Part shown: one piece after another, positions 1-13,527 of the stretch
Numbering within the stretch: position 1 is the stretch's first letter
Layout of the letters: each line of letters opens with the position of its first letter
Source of the DNA: Oculina patagonica
Taxonomy: Eukaryota
Assembly: GCF_052425735.1 (NCBI RefSeq)
Contig: NC_135760.1
Span: 29,011,074-29,075,073, forward strand
Direction: 5' to 3'
DNA: 64,000 nucleotides
Made by a program: the position numbers and the translations under genes
Notes under the pieces: generated by a model
What the model saw: the letters and a program-made list of their open reading frames with translations, nothing else
Told to the model about the DNA's origin: nothing
The model's database searches: none

Positions 1-27
1 TGTGCCGTTGTTCAGAATGTAACTCAT

Positions 28-100
28 TCCCGTTTTTAGTACCGTTTTTATCACCGTTTTTAGTACCGTTTTTATCACCGTTTTTTAGTACCGTTTAAAT
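28..100. repeat. Short tandem repeat, ~25-bp unit (taccgtttttatcaccgtttttag) x ~3
   Basis: Direct repetition visible in the first 110 nt. Confidence 0.7.
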
Positions 101-799
101 AGTCTGTTTTTAACTTGTTATCGTTGTTTTGTACGTAGCTTTCTATGTTTTCAATAAAGTTCGTGTAAGACCAGTCCTTGCATCCATTTAGAATTCGTGT
201 TGTGCCTCCGCTCTAGGCCTCCGCCGTTGGCGACGTTTACCGCTCGCGTCGCACGGCTTACATTAGGAAAGGAAAGACATTGTTCGCAGACTAGCTGATT
301 TTTTGTGTTTAATTTCTATGTTGATTTTTCTTGAATTAAAGCTATTTTTTTATTTGAACAATATAAATTGCCTTGCAGCACAGTTCAAAAGGTCATCAAT
401 TAAATTTTAACAGAAACATTTTTTAAAAAACCCTTGAATTCCAGCTTGCCCTTCGGACACATAACTCTCAGCTCTTGCCCTGGGCAGTTGCATTCTTGTC
501 TTAGTTTACTTTTCCGTTATGATTTAGTTGGCAGACGACTTGCCCAACCTTGTGTGAACATGAAAAGTCACTAGCCCAGCACAAAATCTACTTGTCCTGG
601 ACAACCAGCTCTGAAATGAACAAACTCTAAACAAAATATTGTCGTCCACCCTTGTTATTTGTATCTGTTTCAATTGTCATATATTCTTCTCCAGATGATT
701 CTTTGCATGGTATAGTAAAAATAATAAAGCACCTGTCATTCATACATGTATGTTATATATTTTGTGGAAATATATAGGAGCATTATTCTCATTCTGCAG

Positions 800-961
800 A
801 TCCTGACACCTTTCCTTCTGAGACGCTTAAAGACTGATGTTGAGTTGTCACTTCCACCAAAAAAGGAGGTTTTGGTTTACGCACCACTGACTCTAAAGCA
901 GCAGACCTTTTACAAAGCTAGTTTAGACAAGACACTCCCAAATATTGTTGGTGACAAGAAG
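800..961 (+). CDS. HELLS: HELLS/LSH-like SNF2-family helicase, coding exon ([30 protein letters not shown]...)
   Basis: Acceptor ttctgcag|atc; donor aag|gtatca; 162 nt, phase 0. The translation matches the HELLS block [26 protein letters not shown]. Confidence 0.85.
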
Positions 962-2091
962 GTATCATTTCTTGGTTCTTACCAGATGAATGTTTATAAA
1001 TAAATATGTTTTTTCTCATGAAGATGTTGAGACAAGACTCGATACCAGGATGGGGCAAAGTCTCTGAATCTTAATTATTAACCAAGGGAAAGTGAGCAGA
1101 TTAGAAATTAAAAAAAACTGGAATAGGGTGGAGGGGAAAGGCTGCTTGTTATTACAGAATGGTAGCTTAGTACAAAGTTTACAGGACTAAAATGTACAAT
1201 AACAAAGATGGATTCATTTAATAAGTTACAGATAATAAAATGACAACTGTGAGTCTGCAACCTTTCTTTAACCATTTTGACAAGTAAAAACAACAACTAC
1301 AGGCACCAAATTATTTCTAACAGCTACTATGGTATTGTTTCACAAAGATGCTCTTTTAAATAGTATATCTTGAATAACTTGCAAAGTTCATCTAAACACT
1401 TTTGAGTCATGTCTATGTCAACAGTCTTAATTGTCTTTATTGTTTCATCGACATTGCCATCGCCATTGCTTAAGTTCCCTATTGTCACGTGCACACTATC
1501 TCATTGAGCGCCCCCACTAGACACTTTGGTTAACCGTTCGTCACCTACATGTAGGTGCCTGTCATTTTGTGTCTTGCGGCAGCTTATTTAGCATACATAT
1601 ACATGTATGTTGGCTTTGTATATTTTCTTTAGTTGCCTTGAGGACAATTTTTGTCATAAAACCGAAATACGGCAAAAAACAATCTATTGTGGATGAATTT
1701 TGTTGGCTGATGCCTTGTGATACTCATACCAACAGGTTTTGCTCAGTTATTGCATGGTATGATTCTAACTGTAAAACTTGTGAGCCATTTCGTACTGTTT
1801 AGATTTATATTAATGGTTTAAAATTCACAACAAATAAAAAGGTCTGGTAACTCAGCTGCTAAGAAGATATTCAAAGAAGCCAACTTAAACTGTTTTTTTA
1901 CAGATATAAAGTTATTGGAATATGATTAAGGGTCTACTTATGCCCACTGTTAAATGACAAATTTTGAAGTGGACATTTTGTACTTACATTTGCTGCATTG
2001 TTTGTCTTAAGTTCACTTATAAATAAGTGATTTTTTGAAATGTTGGCTATCGCATTACATTGCAAGTTATGTCTGAATGTTGTTCTTCCAG

Positions 2092-2219
2092 GGAAATGAT
2101 GGCCCAGTTGAGTGTAGTAGTACTGGGAGAGTGAAGAGAAAGGGCCGCCAAGACATCAGTTACAAGCTTTTTTTCAATGACAACAATGATGAAGATGAAG
2201 TGCAGGAGTATTTGTCAAG
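2092..2219 (+). CDS. HELLS: HELLS-like exon (GNDGPVECSSTGRVKRKGRQDISYKLFF...EYLS)
   Basis: Acceptor ttcttccag|gg and donor tcaag|gtgtaa. The reading frame is continuous with the flanking exons. The basic/acidic linker resembles the HELLS region PTGRPKRRTRKSINY. Confidence 0.75.
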
Positions 2220-2703
2220 GTGTAACAACAGGTTTGTTACTCCTGTAACTGTTTACTATTCAGTTTAACAAATGAATTGTCTTTTCGAAAGGTTTCACCT
2301 GCCGGTTATCATGAGTGCTTACCATTTGTAATAAAAAACCCTGTTGGGATTGCTATTGAATAATATTGTAAAGGGTTTTTCTAAAATCAGCAAACCTTTG
2401 TTTACCATTGCTGGGAGACTGGAACTGGGAAATCATGCAAATGGTAAGAAGAAGAGGCAGGATATGGAACGTGCCAGCCGTGCGGCCTCAATCCCGATTT
2501 ATATTTATTGTGATTTGTGCACATGTGCATCAAAATACCTTGACAATGTGAAATTCTACTCTCCTGGCACATTTCACAACAGACGTTTTAACAGGGATGA
2601 AGGGCCAAGTCCAAAACAACTGACCTCGCCACTGACAAATAACAGTATTTTGCTCAACCTTGAGCGACTAAGTAAAGATAATGTGACTTGTATTCATTTA
2701 CAG

Positions 2704-2926
2704 GAATGCTGCTACCTCCACCAGTGCACCTACTACAGTTGTGTCAGTTCGCATGACTAATATCATGATGCAGTTAAGAAAGTGTTGTAATCATCCATAT
2801 CTGATAGAATGCCCTGTTGAGCAGGAAACCTTACTACGCAAGGTTGATGAGGAGCTAGTAACAAGTTGTGGCAAGATGCTACTCCTTGATCGAATGATGC
2901 CAGAACTTAAACAGAGAGGACACAAG
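2704..2926 (+). CDS. HELLS: HELLS-like exon (..[45 protein letters not shown])
   Basis: Acceptor tttacag|g and donor cacaag|gtatta. It is near-identical in pattern to human [24 protein letters not shown]...GKFLILDRMLPELKKRGHK. Confidence 0.9.
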
Positions 2927-3837
2927 GTATTACTTCAATATTACTCTCTTACAGGTAAATAGAGCTGGAAATTACAGTCTGATGTCGGTGACAGACACGG
3001 TATAATTTAAAACTATTTGGTCTGTGCATTGATATAAGCGGCCTTAAGATTTGACTTACGAGTACGAGATCGAGTTCAAGTAGGACTTTGGAGTTTGAGA
3101 CAAATGGCAATTGTATCCCCTGAACTTCAACTCTTTTCTGTTGCTGACTAACACATAAATAAACATTAGGGATCAGATTGGTGTGATAAGTGATTATAGG
3201 AGGCACATGAATTTGGTTTGAAAACTCGTCCTCGTCCTCAAACTCGTACCTGTAGTCCAATCTAAAGGTCATTTTATACCATAACCGAGAGAATTCTCGC
3301 GCGCTGATTGTTCCAAAGTAATGGTCGATGAGAGTATAGACCATGAAAGTGACGTCAAATCACGCCACACACACGCGCGGGCTAAAAGATGTGTAAGTTT
3401 GGTCTCCATGAATGAAAGCGAATTTCATCGTGTTTTGTTTGAATCAAGTGCGTATGAGGGTGTTTGTTTTCGGAATTCAGGATTGGACTTCTACTTAGGT
3501 GATCTATCGAAAGAAAATTGACCAGGCTTTTGAATTTTTGGTCTAACTGAGAAGAACGGTGCTAACGAACCGGCAGGAGACTGTCGATGTTCAGTGAACG
3601 AGCGCTAACAAGATCTTCAGAAAGAAAAATAATCTTGCTCGCTTCAAGCGATAGGCACACACTCAACGAGAGAGGAAAAGGTAATTAAAATTGATATTCT
3701 TTGAATTCTTGTTCATCTTCTTTTGTATCATTGTCGTTTTTACGTGTCGGAGCGGAATCTTTACGTCCCACCGGCAAAGTTTCTTTACGCTCACTCAGGC
3801 ATCGCTTTTGATAAATACTTGTTCGAGTTTGTTATGG

Positions 3838-4036
3838 TATAAAACAAATCGACCACATTTTTCCATGGTCTACACTCTTATAGACCATAGAAATGACGCC
3901 ATAAAATGTCCAAAACTTTGCAGTGAAACCACTCGCCTAACGCCTCGTGGTTCCACTTGAGTTTTGAACATTTTCTGACGTCATTTCTATGGTCTATAAG
4001 AGTGTAGACCATGGAAAAATGTGGTCGATTTGTTAA
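3838..4036. mobile_element. Palindromic (foldback) MITE-like element inside a HELLS intron; the core motif ggtctataagagtgtagaccatgg recurs at ~3300-3345
   Basis: ~85-bp arms are exact reverse complements around 3912-3963. A related partial copy lies at 3300-3345. Confidence 0.7.
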
Positions 4037-4594
4037 ATTACCTGAAGCGTCTATAAATATTCACGTATAATTGTACTGTCTGATCAAAGTGTTAAACAGC
4101 AAGGGCGAGTGCTTCATCACAGATCAAGAGGACCCCTTAAAATACTCCATAATTCCTTACAATATATGCTTCCAGACATGATATTATTTGAACCGTTAAC
4201 CTCGTTCTTCCTGGGAACAAACAATAGATGTACTGCATCGACCCAAAGGAACAATTTGATTATATATATTATTATTTTTTTTCCTAGTATGCATTTGTCT
4301 CAAATCCATGAGTTCTGGTCAAGTTCACATTTCCAGTGGTTATTTATTTTTTCTGCTTTTGTATCCTGGTGATGCTAAGTCCCGCCTTCTAATGAGAACC
4401 CTGACATACTCATCTATAAGAATAACGGCAGTTTAATAAATATATCTCTTGTGCATGCCAAGTCATAAAGACAAAGCCGCCATTTTCTTGTGCTCACGCT
4501 GTTGCAAGCTTAACACGCATAAGATTATGCACAGCACTGAGAGAAGGATGTGCAATTATGCAATACTAAGCAAGTTATACTTGTGTCACCCTAG

Positions 4595-4714
4595 GTGCTG
4601 CTTTTCTCGCAAATGACCCGTATGATGGATATTTTGGAGGATTACTGTATTCTTCGGGACTATGGCTACTGCAGGCTTGATGGGCAAATGAAAGTATCGG
4701 ACAGGCAGGAAGAG
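4595..4714 (+). CDS. HELLS: HELLS-like exon ([40 protein letters not shown]); GC-AG intron donor
   Basis: Acceptor ccctag|gtg. The only in-frame join to the next exon uses the non-canonical donor gaagag|GCAAGT, which matches the GC-AG consensus. Helicase-C motif [15 protein letters not shown]. Confidence 0.8.
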
Positions 4715-4993
4715 GCAAGTCTCAAATAAATGACTTATAAACTGACAATTATCAACAATTTTTTCTTTTTAGTTTACAATCATATTTAAAAAAAGTTAAA
4801 AAAGGGAAAAACTCATTGCGTGTTAGTTCCATCTCCAAGAGAGAGATTTGAGATTTTAACCGAAAAGTGTGATATTGGTGTACCAAGTTACGTGTAATAT
4901 CTATGAAGCATGACATTAACAGCATGGAATGTTCTCTCTGTTTTCTGAAACTAGAAATTGGTGTTTGATGTTCTTTTTGTTTCTCCTGTTTAG

Positions 4994-5173
<180 letters not shown>

Positions 5174-5299
5174 TAGTAATCTTTATCAATACTCAGTTCT
5201 AAACAATTCAGTTGAAGTAGATCATACTTAATTAGTTACCGAAGTGGCTAAAATTAATGTACAGCATAGATTAATTGACAAGTTTTTGTGATTTGTTAG

Positions 5300-5459
5300 A
5301 ATCCACAAATGGACTTGCAGGCTCAAGATCGTTGTCACCGGATTGGTCAAACAAAACCAGTTGTTGTGTATCGCTTTGTCACTGCAAACACTATAGATCA
5401 GAAGATTGTCGAGAGAGCATCAGCGAAGAGAAAACTTGAAAAGATGATCATTCACAAGG
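5300..5459 (+). CDS. HELLS: HELLS-like exon ([53 protein letters not shown])
   Basis: Acceptor tttgttag|aat and donor cacaagg|gttagt. Contains SNF2 motif VI ([11 protein letters not shown]). Confidence 0.9.
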
Positions 5460-5775
5460 GTTAGTTTGGTTAATTTTTGCTTCAAACTTGTTAGTCTGCA
5501 TTGCATGTGAATGGAACTATCAGAAACGTCCATTTGCAAACCAAATAAAAACCATGTTCACACCCCTTGCACGGATTTTTTATTTCTAACTGTAAGTGGC
5601 ATTCAGTTCCATTTGCACCCATTGTGTGTCCATTTCAATCGCGTACTTCAGTGGGTCTCACTTGCGATATTTGGTTTAATCTTTTGACAGCAGGGTTCTT
5701 GTTTAGGCGATGCCTCTCCTTGAAAGTTATCCGAAGTTTATCATTGAAAGTTACTTCTGTTTTGCATGCTTGTAG

Positions 5776-6026
5776 GTAAATTCAAAGGCAACCAAGACAC
5801 AGCTGTACTTGATTCAAACGAACTTCGTGAATTGCTGGAGATGAGTGATCATCAGAAGGTAGTTTCCAGTGACGGTCTGGTGATTAGTGATAAAGATTTG
5901 AAGGCCCTGCTGGACAGGAGTGATCTCTGCGGCACCAAAGTTGGACAAAGTAAACAGCAGCAAAGTTCTCAATCAAAAAGAAACTGTGGATTGTTCCGTG
6001 TGGTGGACAATACTACTGATTCTTGA
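5776..6026 (+). CDS. HELLS: HELLS-like terminal coding exon (GKFKGNQDT...VISDKDLKALLDRSDL...), stop at 6024-6026
   Basis: Acceptor gcttgtag|gt, in phase with the previous exon. Matches the HELLS C-terminus (KVISDKDLELLLDRSDL). Confidence 0.85.
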
Positions 6027-6720
6027 ACAGCAGCTCCTTTTGCGACATTTTTCTCCTATGAGTTATTTTATGCTTTTTGGAATTGATATTATTCTTATAA
6101 TGTAAACTTTTTATATATATATATTTGTTTTTGTTTTTTTGCTTTTCATTTTTCATCTTGGGTGTATTAAAAAAATAATGGGAAAGTTGGTATTAAAGTT
6201 GATATTAAAATTGCATGGTGTGTTTTGTATAGTGTGGGGGGCAAAAAAATAGTTTCTTTAGTTGTCTTGTCCAGATTGGTCTCTTTCTCGGGTTTAATTT
6301 GAATTTTCTGACGATCATCCCCGACCCTTTCATACGGGAGTTTCCTACCCTCTGGGCTCGTTACATCTGATTAACCATTAAAAATAGCTTTACCTTCTCT
6401 TCTCGGAGGCAGCGGAAGTAGCCTCAAAAATACCCACGACTGAAAACAAGACGAGAGTTGGTCACACGCCGTTCCTCGAGCTAATTAAGGACCTTCAGAT
6501 TGGAAAGTTGAAAAGGAGACTATTAGTATGAGATGGTGTGAAATGTGATTATCGAAGCATTATGTTTTGAAAGTCGAACTCGTGCTCAATCTCGTACTCG
6601 TACTCCGATCTGAAGGTGTTATCTAATTTTTTCGCGCTGCTCCCCATAGTCCCCTATAGTCGTGCGTTTTTAACACGAGCCCTGGCTCGGGAGATTGGTT
6701 TACCTTACCCCAACTAAGAC

Positions 6721-7460
6721 ACGAGTTAGCCGGTGTCACAGCGGATTTTGTCCCCCCGGACCAAATCCGCTAGCGTATATTGTCCCCCCGGACAATATCC
6801 GCTAGCCGATATTGACCCCCCTTCGCCGAATTTGTCCCCCCCTCAACAATTGTTATTTAAGCTTTGTTTCCCTCTTACTCAGTAAACTTTCCATTTGCGT
6901 TCCCTCGAATGACAACACAAAACTTGTTGTAAGTCTGCCATATTTATTATAGTAAATATTAAGTATCTTCTTAAAATGGCGATGCAATTTTGCGTTCTAT
7001 GCTGGTCTCTAAGTTATTTCAGAAATTTACTAAAATTCATTGCAAAGCTTGTCGTAAACAAAAGACCTGACTAAAGACAGCGTCTAACTACGATTTTCGA
7101 TTGGAAAACGTTGCTTCGGGCCGTGTTGAGAATAACATAGCTTTTCCAATGCGGTGGTTGGTAAACACCGAGACTTACCTTGTCTATTTCGTCTTTTCAA
7201 TGTTCATGAAATATTCGTATTCACATTTAATCGTCTTTTCTTTTATTCGTTTACGACTCCAGGAGTAGGAGTACGATAGCGAAGTATGATCATTTTTGAC
7301 GGGGGGACAAAATTCGCGAAGGGGGGACAAAATCCGCTAGCGAATACTGACTCCCGGGGGTCAATATCGGCTAGCGGATATTGTCCGGGGGACAATATCC
7401 GCTAGCGGATTTGGTCCGGGGGGACAAAATCCAGGGGGGACAAAATCGGCTAGGACACCG
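6721..7460. mobile_element. TIR-bounded non-autonomous DNA element (~740 bp); TIRs contain internal GGGGGGACAA(A/T)ATCCGCTAGCG sub-repeats
   Basis: Left end cggtgtcacagcggattttgtcccccc...; right end ...ggggggacaaaatcggctaggacaccg is its reverse complement. No ORF. Confidence 0.75.
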
Positions 7461-7470
7461 GCAAACTACA

Positions 7471-9170
7471 GTGAGCGATTCTAAAGTGAAGGTTGATGTA
7501 GTTAGTATTGGGCCATTTCCGAGAGTCCTTTGCCTCTGTTTCAAAACGAGTCTACGAGCGAAACCATGTGAAAATGAATTTCATCTTCAGATCCATTTTT
7601 ATGCAAAACGAACTCTCATTTCAATGGTTTTGCACGTAGACTCGTTTTGAAACAGAGGCAAAGGGTGACTCGGAAATGGCCTATTGCAGCAACCAGACTG
7701 CAGCCTGGCGAAATAATGAAGTAAACGCTCGTCCTTCCCCAGCATTTGACTCGTGATGTGCCCAGGGGACGGGAATTTGACACTGTATGGGAAAGTCTTC
7801 ACGGAATTCACGATCTTTAAATACCGCACAATGAATTCAGATATGTCCAGTGATTGAGTCTTTCGCTTCCACGTTTTTGCGGGCCCAAGAGAGGCCCGCA
7901 ACCCTTATCTTGACAGTGACCAGCGGATTGTGTTTTACGCGTGCGCGCCACGTTATTAAAAGGCGAAGAGAAAACGGAAGTTGAAAATTTTGTTCTTTCA
8001 CTAAGAACGATCGGAATGAGAAAAATGTGTCAATCACGACAGTTTGTCGTAACACCGGAATAGAAAATCTGTTCTCCAAGAACGATTGTCACATAAGATC
8101 TAAGCTTCTGTCACATGGAAGATTGCAAACATTACAATTTGCAGACTTGTTTTACGGGTGTTGCTTTTGCGAAAATTTGCTCTGATTGTATCACACATAA
8201 ACCACGGCAAAGCGAATGATTCCAACAACGGTTATTCTCGAGAAATTCGTTATAACACTGACAACATAGCGAGTTTATCGACCGAGGAAAATCACATCTC
8301 AATTTACATCGGCAAACCGAGTGAGCGATTCTAAAGTGAAGGTTGATGTAGTTAGTATTGGGCCATTTCCGAGAGTCCTTTGCCTCTGTTTCAAAACGAG
8401 TCTACGAGCGAAACCATGTGAAAATGAATTTCATCTTCAGATCCATTTTTATGCAAAACGAACTCTCATTTCAATGGTTTTGCACGTAGACTCGTTTTGA
8501 AACAGAGGCAAAGGGTGACTCGGAAATGGCCTATTGCAGCAACCAGACTGCAGCCTGGCGAAATAATGAAGTAAACGCTCGTCCTTCCCCAGCATTTGAC
8601 TCGTGATGTGCCCAGGGGACGGGAATTTGACACTGTATGGGAAAGTCTTCACGGAATTCACGATCTTTAAATACCGCACAATGAATTCAGATATGTCCAG
8701 TGATTGAGTCTTTCGCTTCCACGTTTTTGCGGGCCCAAGAGAGGCCCGCAACCCTTATCTTGACAGTGACCAGCGGATTGTGTTTTACGCGTGCGCGCCA
8801 CGTTATTAAAAGGCGAAGAGAAAACGGAAGTTGAAAATTTTGTTCTTTCACTAAGAACGATCGGAATGAGAAAAATGTGTCAATCACGACAGTTTGTCGT
8901 AACACCGGAATAGAAAATCTGTTCTCCAAGAACGATTGTCACATAAGATCTAAGCTTCTGTCACATGGAAGATTGCAAACATTACAATTTGCAGACTTGT
9001 TTTACGGGTGTTGCTTTTGCGAAAATTTGCTCTGATTGTATCACACATAAACCACGGCAAAGCGAATGATTCCAACAACGGTTATTCTCGAGAAATTCGT
9101 TATAACACTGACAACATAGCGAGTTTATCGACCGAGGAAAATCACATCTCAATTTACATCGCGTGCTCGT
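7471..9170. repeat. Tandem satellite-like repeat, 850-bp unit x 2 near-identical copies (7471-8320, 8321-9170)
   Basis: gtgagcgattctaaagtgaagg recurs exactly 850 bp apart. Each unit contains a ~47-bp-arm hairpin (7511-7557 / 7635-7681). The ORF-track ORFs 7599..7901 and 8449..8751 are identical repeat artefacts. Confidence 0.85.
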
Positions 9171-10450
9171 CTACACTTCAAAAAAAACCTGTCAATCAAA
9201 AAACAACTCCGACTGGTTCGCGGCCGGTTCGAAGCAATTAAGCGTGATGCGTTACTCGGAATAATTGTCTTTTGTCCAGTGATTTATTATTAATCACGCC
9301 ACGTTAATAAAAGGCGAGCACAACATAGCGAGTTTACCGACTGAGAAAAAATCACATCCCAATTCACACCGCGTGCTCGATTACACTTCCCAAAACGATA
9401 AAAACATGCATTCCTTACCATTGCTTCCTTATGCATTGCTTACTTGATGCGTTACTCGGAATAATTGTCTTTTGTCCATTTTATCATTTATTTATCGACA
9501 CTGCCATCTAAAATTACGCACTCTCGTACCAGTACCTTTTCTAAGTGCGTCAAGGCCCGCACTTTCTAACCTGTGGTTACCACTAGTACTTTATTGCGGG
9601 CCCAAGAGAGGCCCGCAACCCTAATCTTTACAGTGACCAGCGGATTGAGTATTACGCGTGCGCGCCACGTTTATAAAGGCTATCTGCAAACCGGAAGTTG
9701 AAAATTTTGTTCTTCCACTAAGAACGATCGGAATGCAAAAAATGTGTCAATCACGACAGTTTGTCGTAACACCGGAAGAGAAAAATCTTGTCTCCAAGAG
9801 CGATAAGAATGCGAAAAATCAACAGTTTGTCACATTAGATCGAGGCTTCTGTCGAAAGATTGGAGACATTACGTTTTGCAGACGTTGTTTTATAGGTGTT
9901 GCTTTTGAGAAGATCTGCTGTGATTGTATCACAGATAAACTACGGCAAAAAAACAACTCTGATTGGTTCGCGGCAATAGGAAACGATAAAAAACATTCGT
10001 GACTTAAGCGTGACGCGTTACTCGACCTTACTCGGAATAATTTTCTTTTGTCCAGTGATTACGTTTTGCAGACGTTGTTTTATAGGTGTTGCTTTTGAGA
10101 AGATCTGCTGTGATTGTATCACAGATAAACTACGGCAAAGCGAATGATTCCAACAACGGTTATTCTCGAGAAATTCCTTATAACACTGACAACAAAGCGA
10201 GTTTGTCGACGGAGGAAAATCACATCTCAATTGACACCGCGTGCTCGATAGCCTGCGAACGCAGACGTATTTCCGCCTGTCGTTTCTCTCCGCCGAAAAA
10301 TAGAGAGAAACGACAGGCGGAGAGAAACGACAGGCGGAAATACGTCTGCGTTCGCAGGCTACGTGCTCGACTACACTTCGCAAAACTGTCAATCAAAAAA
10401 AACAACTCTGATTGGTTCGCGGCAATAGGAAACGATAAAAAACACTCGAC
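9171..10450. repeat. Degenerate further copies or fragments of the same 850-bp repeat family, including recurring CTGATTGGTTCGCGG motifs
   Basis: 9590-10000 and 10060-10230 align to 7880-8320 of the unit with mismatches. ctgattggttcgcgg occurs at ~9215, 9960 and 10418. Confidence 0.6.
10247..10372. repeat. Near-perfect ~125-bp palindrome (cgatagcctgcgaacgcagacgtatttccgcctgtcgtttctct...)
   Basis: The two halves are reverse complements, centred on ~10310. Confidence 0.8.
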
Positions 10451-13400
10451 CTTACTCGGAATAATTTTCTTTTGTCCAGTGATTTATCGACACTGTCTGA
10501 AACATTTTCGTGACCTGTTCAAAAAATTGCCGTGAAATGAGGTGACTTAAGTTATTTCTTCTTCCATCATGCCACATTTTCCAGTTTTATATATTACTGC
10601 ATTTCCACCTGTTAGTGTAAATTGCTTGAAAAGTGTATTATACTCTTGATTTAGGTTATCTTTGTTATATTTATTTCTACAACTTGGTACTTTTCAATAA
10701 ATCTTGTTATGTTCTCACAAACAATTATAATACTTATTCCTCATTCACCAGAAACACAAATATATAGAGAATAATACATGGATGCAGGTAGATATGGAAT
10801 TTCTCTTCGAGTGTTCAACTCGATATCTTACGACTGAGCGTAGCAAACAAGTGAGATATAGATTTAAACACCAGAAATAAAATTTTATATCTCCAAGCAG
10901 CCATGTATTATTTTGTTCATTTTATAAACCTACCCATTACCAGGATTTTTGACGATTTTACGAAGATTTTCGACCATTTCTCCGAAGATGTCAAAAATAT
11001 TGTACGCATGTCAAACGAGTATTTCCGAACATTTTCGAAGATTGCCGAGCTAGGTCCGGAGATGTTTCCACCTAATATCGATAAACTTTGGCTTATTCAC
11101 CATTGAACCATGGCAAACTTGTCAACATATGATTGGTAATATCAAACACGTAAAAAAATCACATTACGTCTCCGCGCCGGTTTAAATGTGTACCTCAAAT
11201 TTTGAGGTTATTAAGCATTCATATATTCAAGCTATTGTTTTAACTCATTGCTTATTCATTCCGATGTATTTGCCGACAAGCCGGTATGCCTCCGAAGATC
11301 GTGAAAAGCGCAACGTCTTTGATGTAGGTGAGATGTATTTCTTTTGTTACCAGACTGAATAAAATCTCCTGGGAATCTGCTTGACTGATTTTATTTTGTA
11401 TCACTTTCAATGCTAGAACTGAAATTCATGCATTTACTTAAAAACTGCGAAAGTTTTAAGAGCGTCGAGTGGACGCGCGCAAAGATAAACAAAGCAAGTT
11501 CGCGTACTAAACAAAGTAAAGAAAATTTTCTTTTTACCGAATGAAAATATTTTCGATGCGAACAAAGCGAGGAATCGTGTAAAAAGGAAAACCACATAGA
11601 AATAAAACAGAACTCTTTTTAAAATCACTGTACACTTGCCTTTGTTCAGTTTGTTGTTTGGGATATTTTATTCGATCGGCCGTGGTTTTTGCGTGACTAT
11701 AGTGACATTTAGACGAGTGACATGCAAGACAGCACGTTTATTTAAGCACAGGCTGCACACTCGAATCGAAACTGAACAAATGCGTTTCTTTTCAATTACT
11801 AAATAATTGTTTAACGTTAATCAAAAGTTTGGCGTGACACACAATAAAGTTAAGCGAATATTATATTTAGCAAGCTTTACAATTGTCGGCGAAAAATATT
11901 AAAACTTGGCGCGCGTGTAGCACGGTTTCACTTTACTCATTCTCACCGAAGGCTAGGAAAATTAAACGCGTAGATAACGTTTAAAGAGTTTTCTGTGTTC
12001 ACAAAATTATAAATTAATGTTTTACCCGCATTTTTGTGCAGAAAAACAAAAAAATCAAATCAAGTCCATCGTTTGTTTTTTTTATTCTGCGGCCGTGCGG
12101 GATACATACAGTACTTCATAGACGACACGGGATCGGGTTTCAAAAACTGAAAGTGATCACTCAGCTTAGATATAGAGAATTGTCCTCGATTAAAATCTCT
12201 TTTATTTGCACTTAAAACGCTTCGGATAAAACACCAGCAACATGCAGAAGTAAAATTTTAAATCTATAAAACGCGATTTGGGAGCTGTCTGGGCATAAGC
12301 AATTATCAACATGTGTCAGAATTTGGATACGCATAATTAACTCTGTGTGAATGAGCCGCCGCTACGCGCTCGGCGAAAACAAAACTAAAATCGCCTACAA
12401 CAATCAAAATAGTTCGTTCAAGGTCTCTTTTTAAAGCTCTCAAGAAGCTCTTTATTTTTTAATAAATATAAAAGCGAAAAATACATCGCGAAAGACTTAA
12501 ATCTGCAAAATGTCTGTAGTGGTTATCGGAAGTTCAATGACAAGTTAAGAACAAAAGGATACGTTCACAACTCCATTCGCTCAAGGTAGCTTAATTGCTC
12601 TATTGTTCCGTCTTTTGAAGTCACTTGGGTGGCTTCTTCCAAAATATCTCACCTTTTTAGAAACGAATAAAACCGAAGTTGTGCGACACGTTTTCGGTGG
12701 CTGCCGAAACTTATACCCAAAGGAATAAATGGAGCCTTCAGGCTACAATTTCCAGCGGTATTGCCCATTTCAGAAAGACACATTTAAACCGGCGCGAAGA
12801 CGTAATGTCATAATTTCGCACACATTGAGATACTGTTATGCTCGGTGGACAGACTCCCAATAAACAACCGCAGTTTATAAAAGAAATCTCAATTACCACA
12901 GTTATGCCAACTTCTGGAAAACTTCCCAAAAACTTCGACTTGAAGTAATTTTACAAACTAACAAAAAACACTTCCCTCCCAGTACCTTCTCTTAACTGCA
13001 TCGAGGCCCGCACTGTCTAACCTGTGGTTACCACTAGTTTAAATATATAAAGTAATTTGGTAGAGTAGTTTGCAAAATAAGAAGATGAAACGCGGGAGCA
13101 GTCCCACCACATGCACGCGGACTTATGCTTATGCTTGTCGTTCTTTCCACAATCGTACGATGGCTAGCGTATAGCGCTAGCAGCCAAGAAAACTGAATTC
13201 AAATACGTCAAGAATATTTACAATACTCTGAAACAGTTCTGAATAGCGGGCAATCCTCAAGATACGTTATTTTGGGCGGTTTTCGGGTATAGCACAGCGC
13301 AGGGGGCGCAAACTTGTCATTTCGATATTTTAAACCTACTGACAACAAGATCGTTTTCTCAACCTTTAAAAACAAGAACTTGTTTAAACTTGAAATAGTC

Positions 13401-13527
13401 TCTCCCTGATAGGCTCGGTACGCACGTTGGAATGCTTGTTCCATTTGGGAAACAAGCCGACATTTTACGAAAGAGACAATGCCTCCTGTTCGACAGATTG
13501 TTTCAAAATTTTAGGGCCCATTTACAT

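Noticed and set aside
7599-8929. Paired identical ORFs (7599..7901 and 8449..8751; 7837..8079 and 8687..8929)
   Set aside because: They are duplicated because they lie in the two 850-bp tandem units. There is no coding signal, and several ORF-track 'M' starts are GTG/TTG in the actual sequence.
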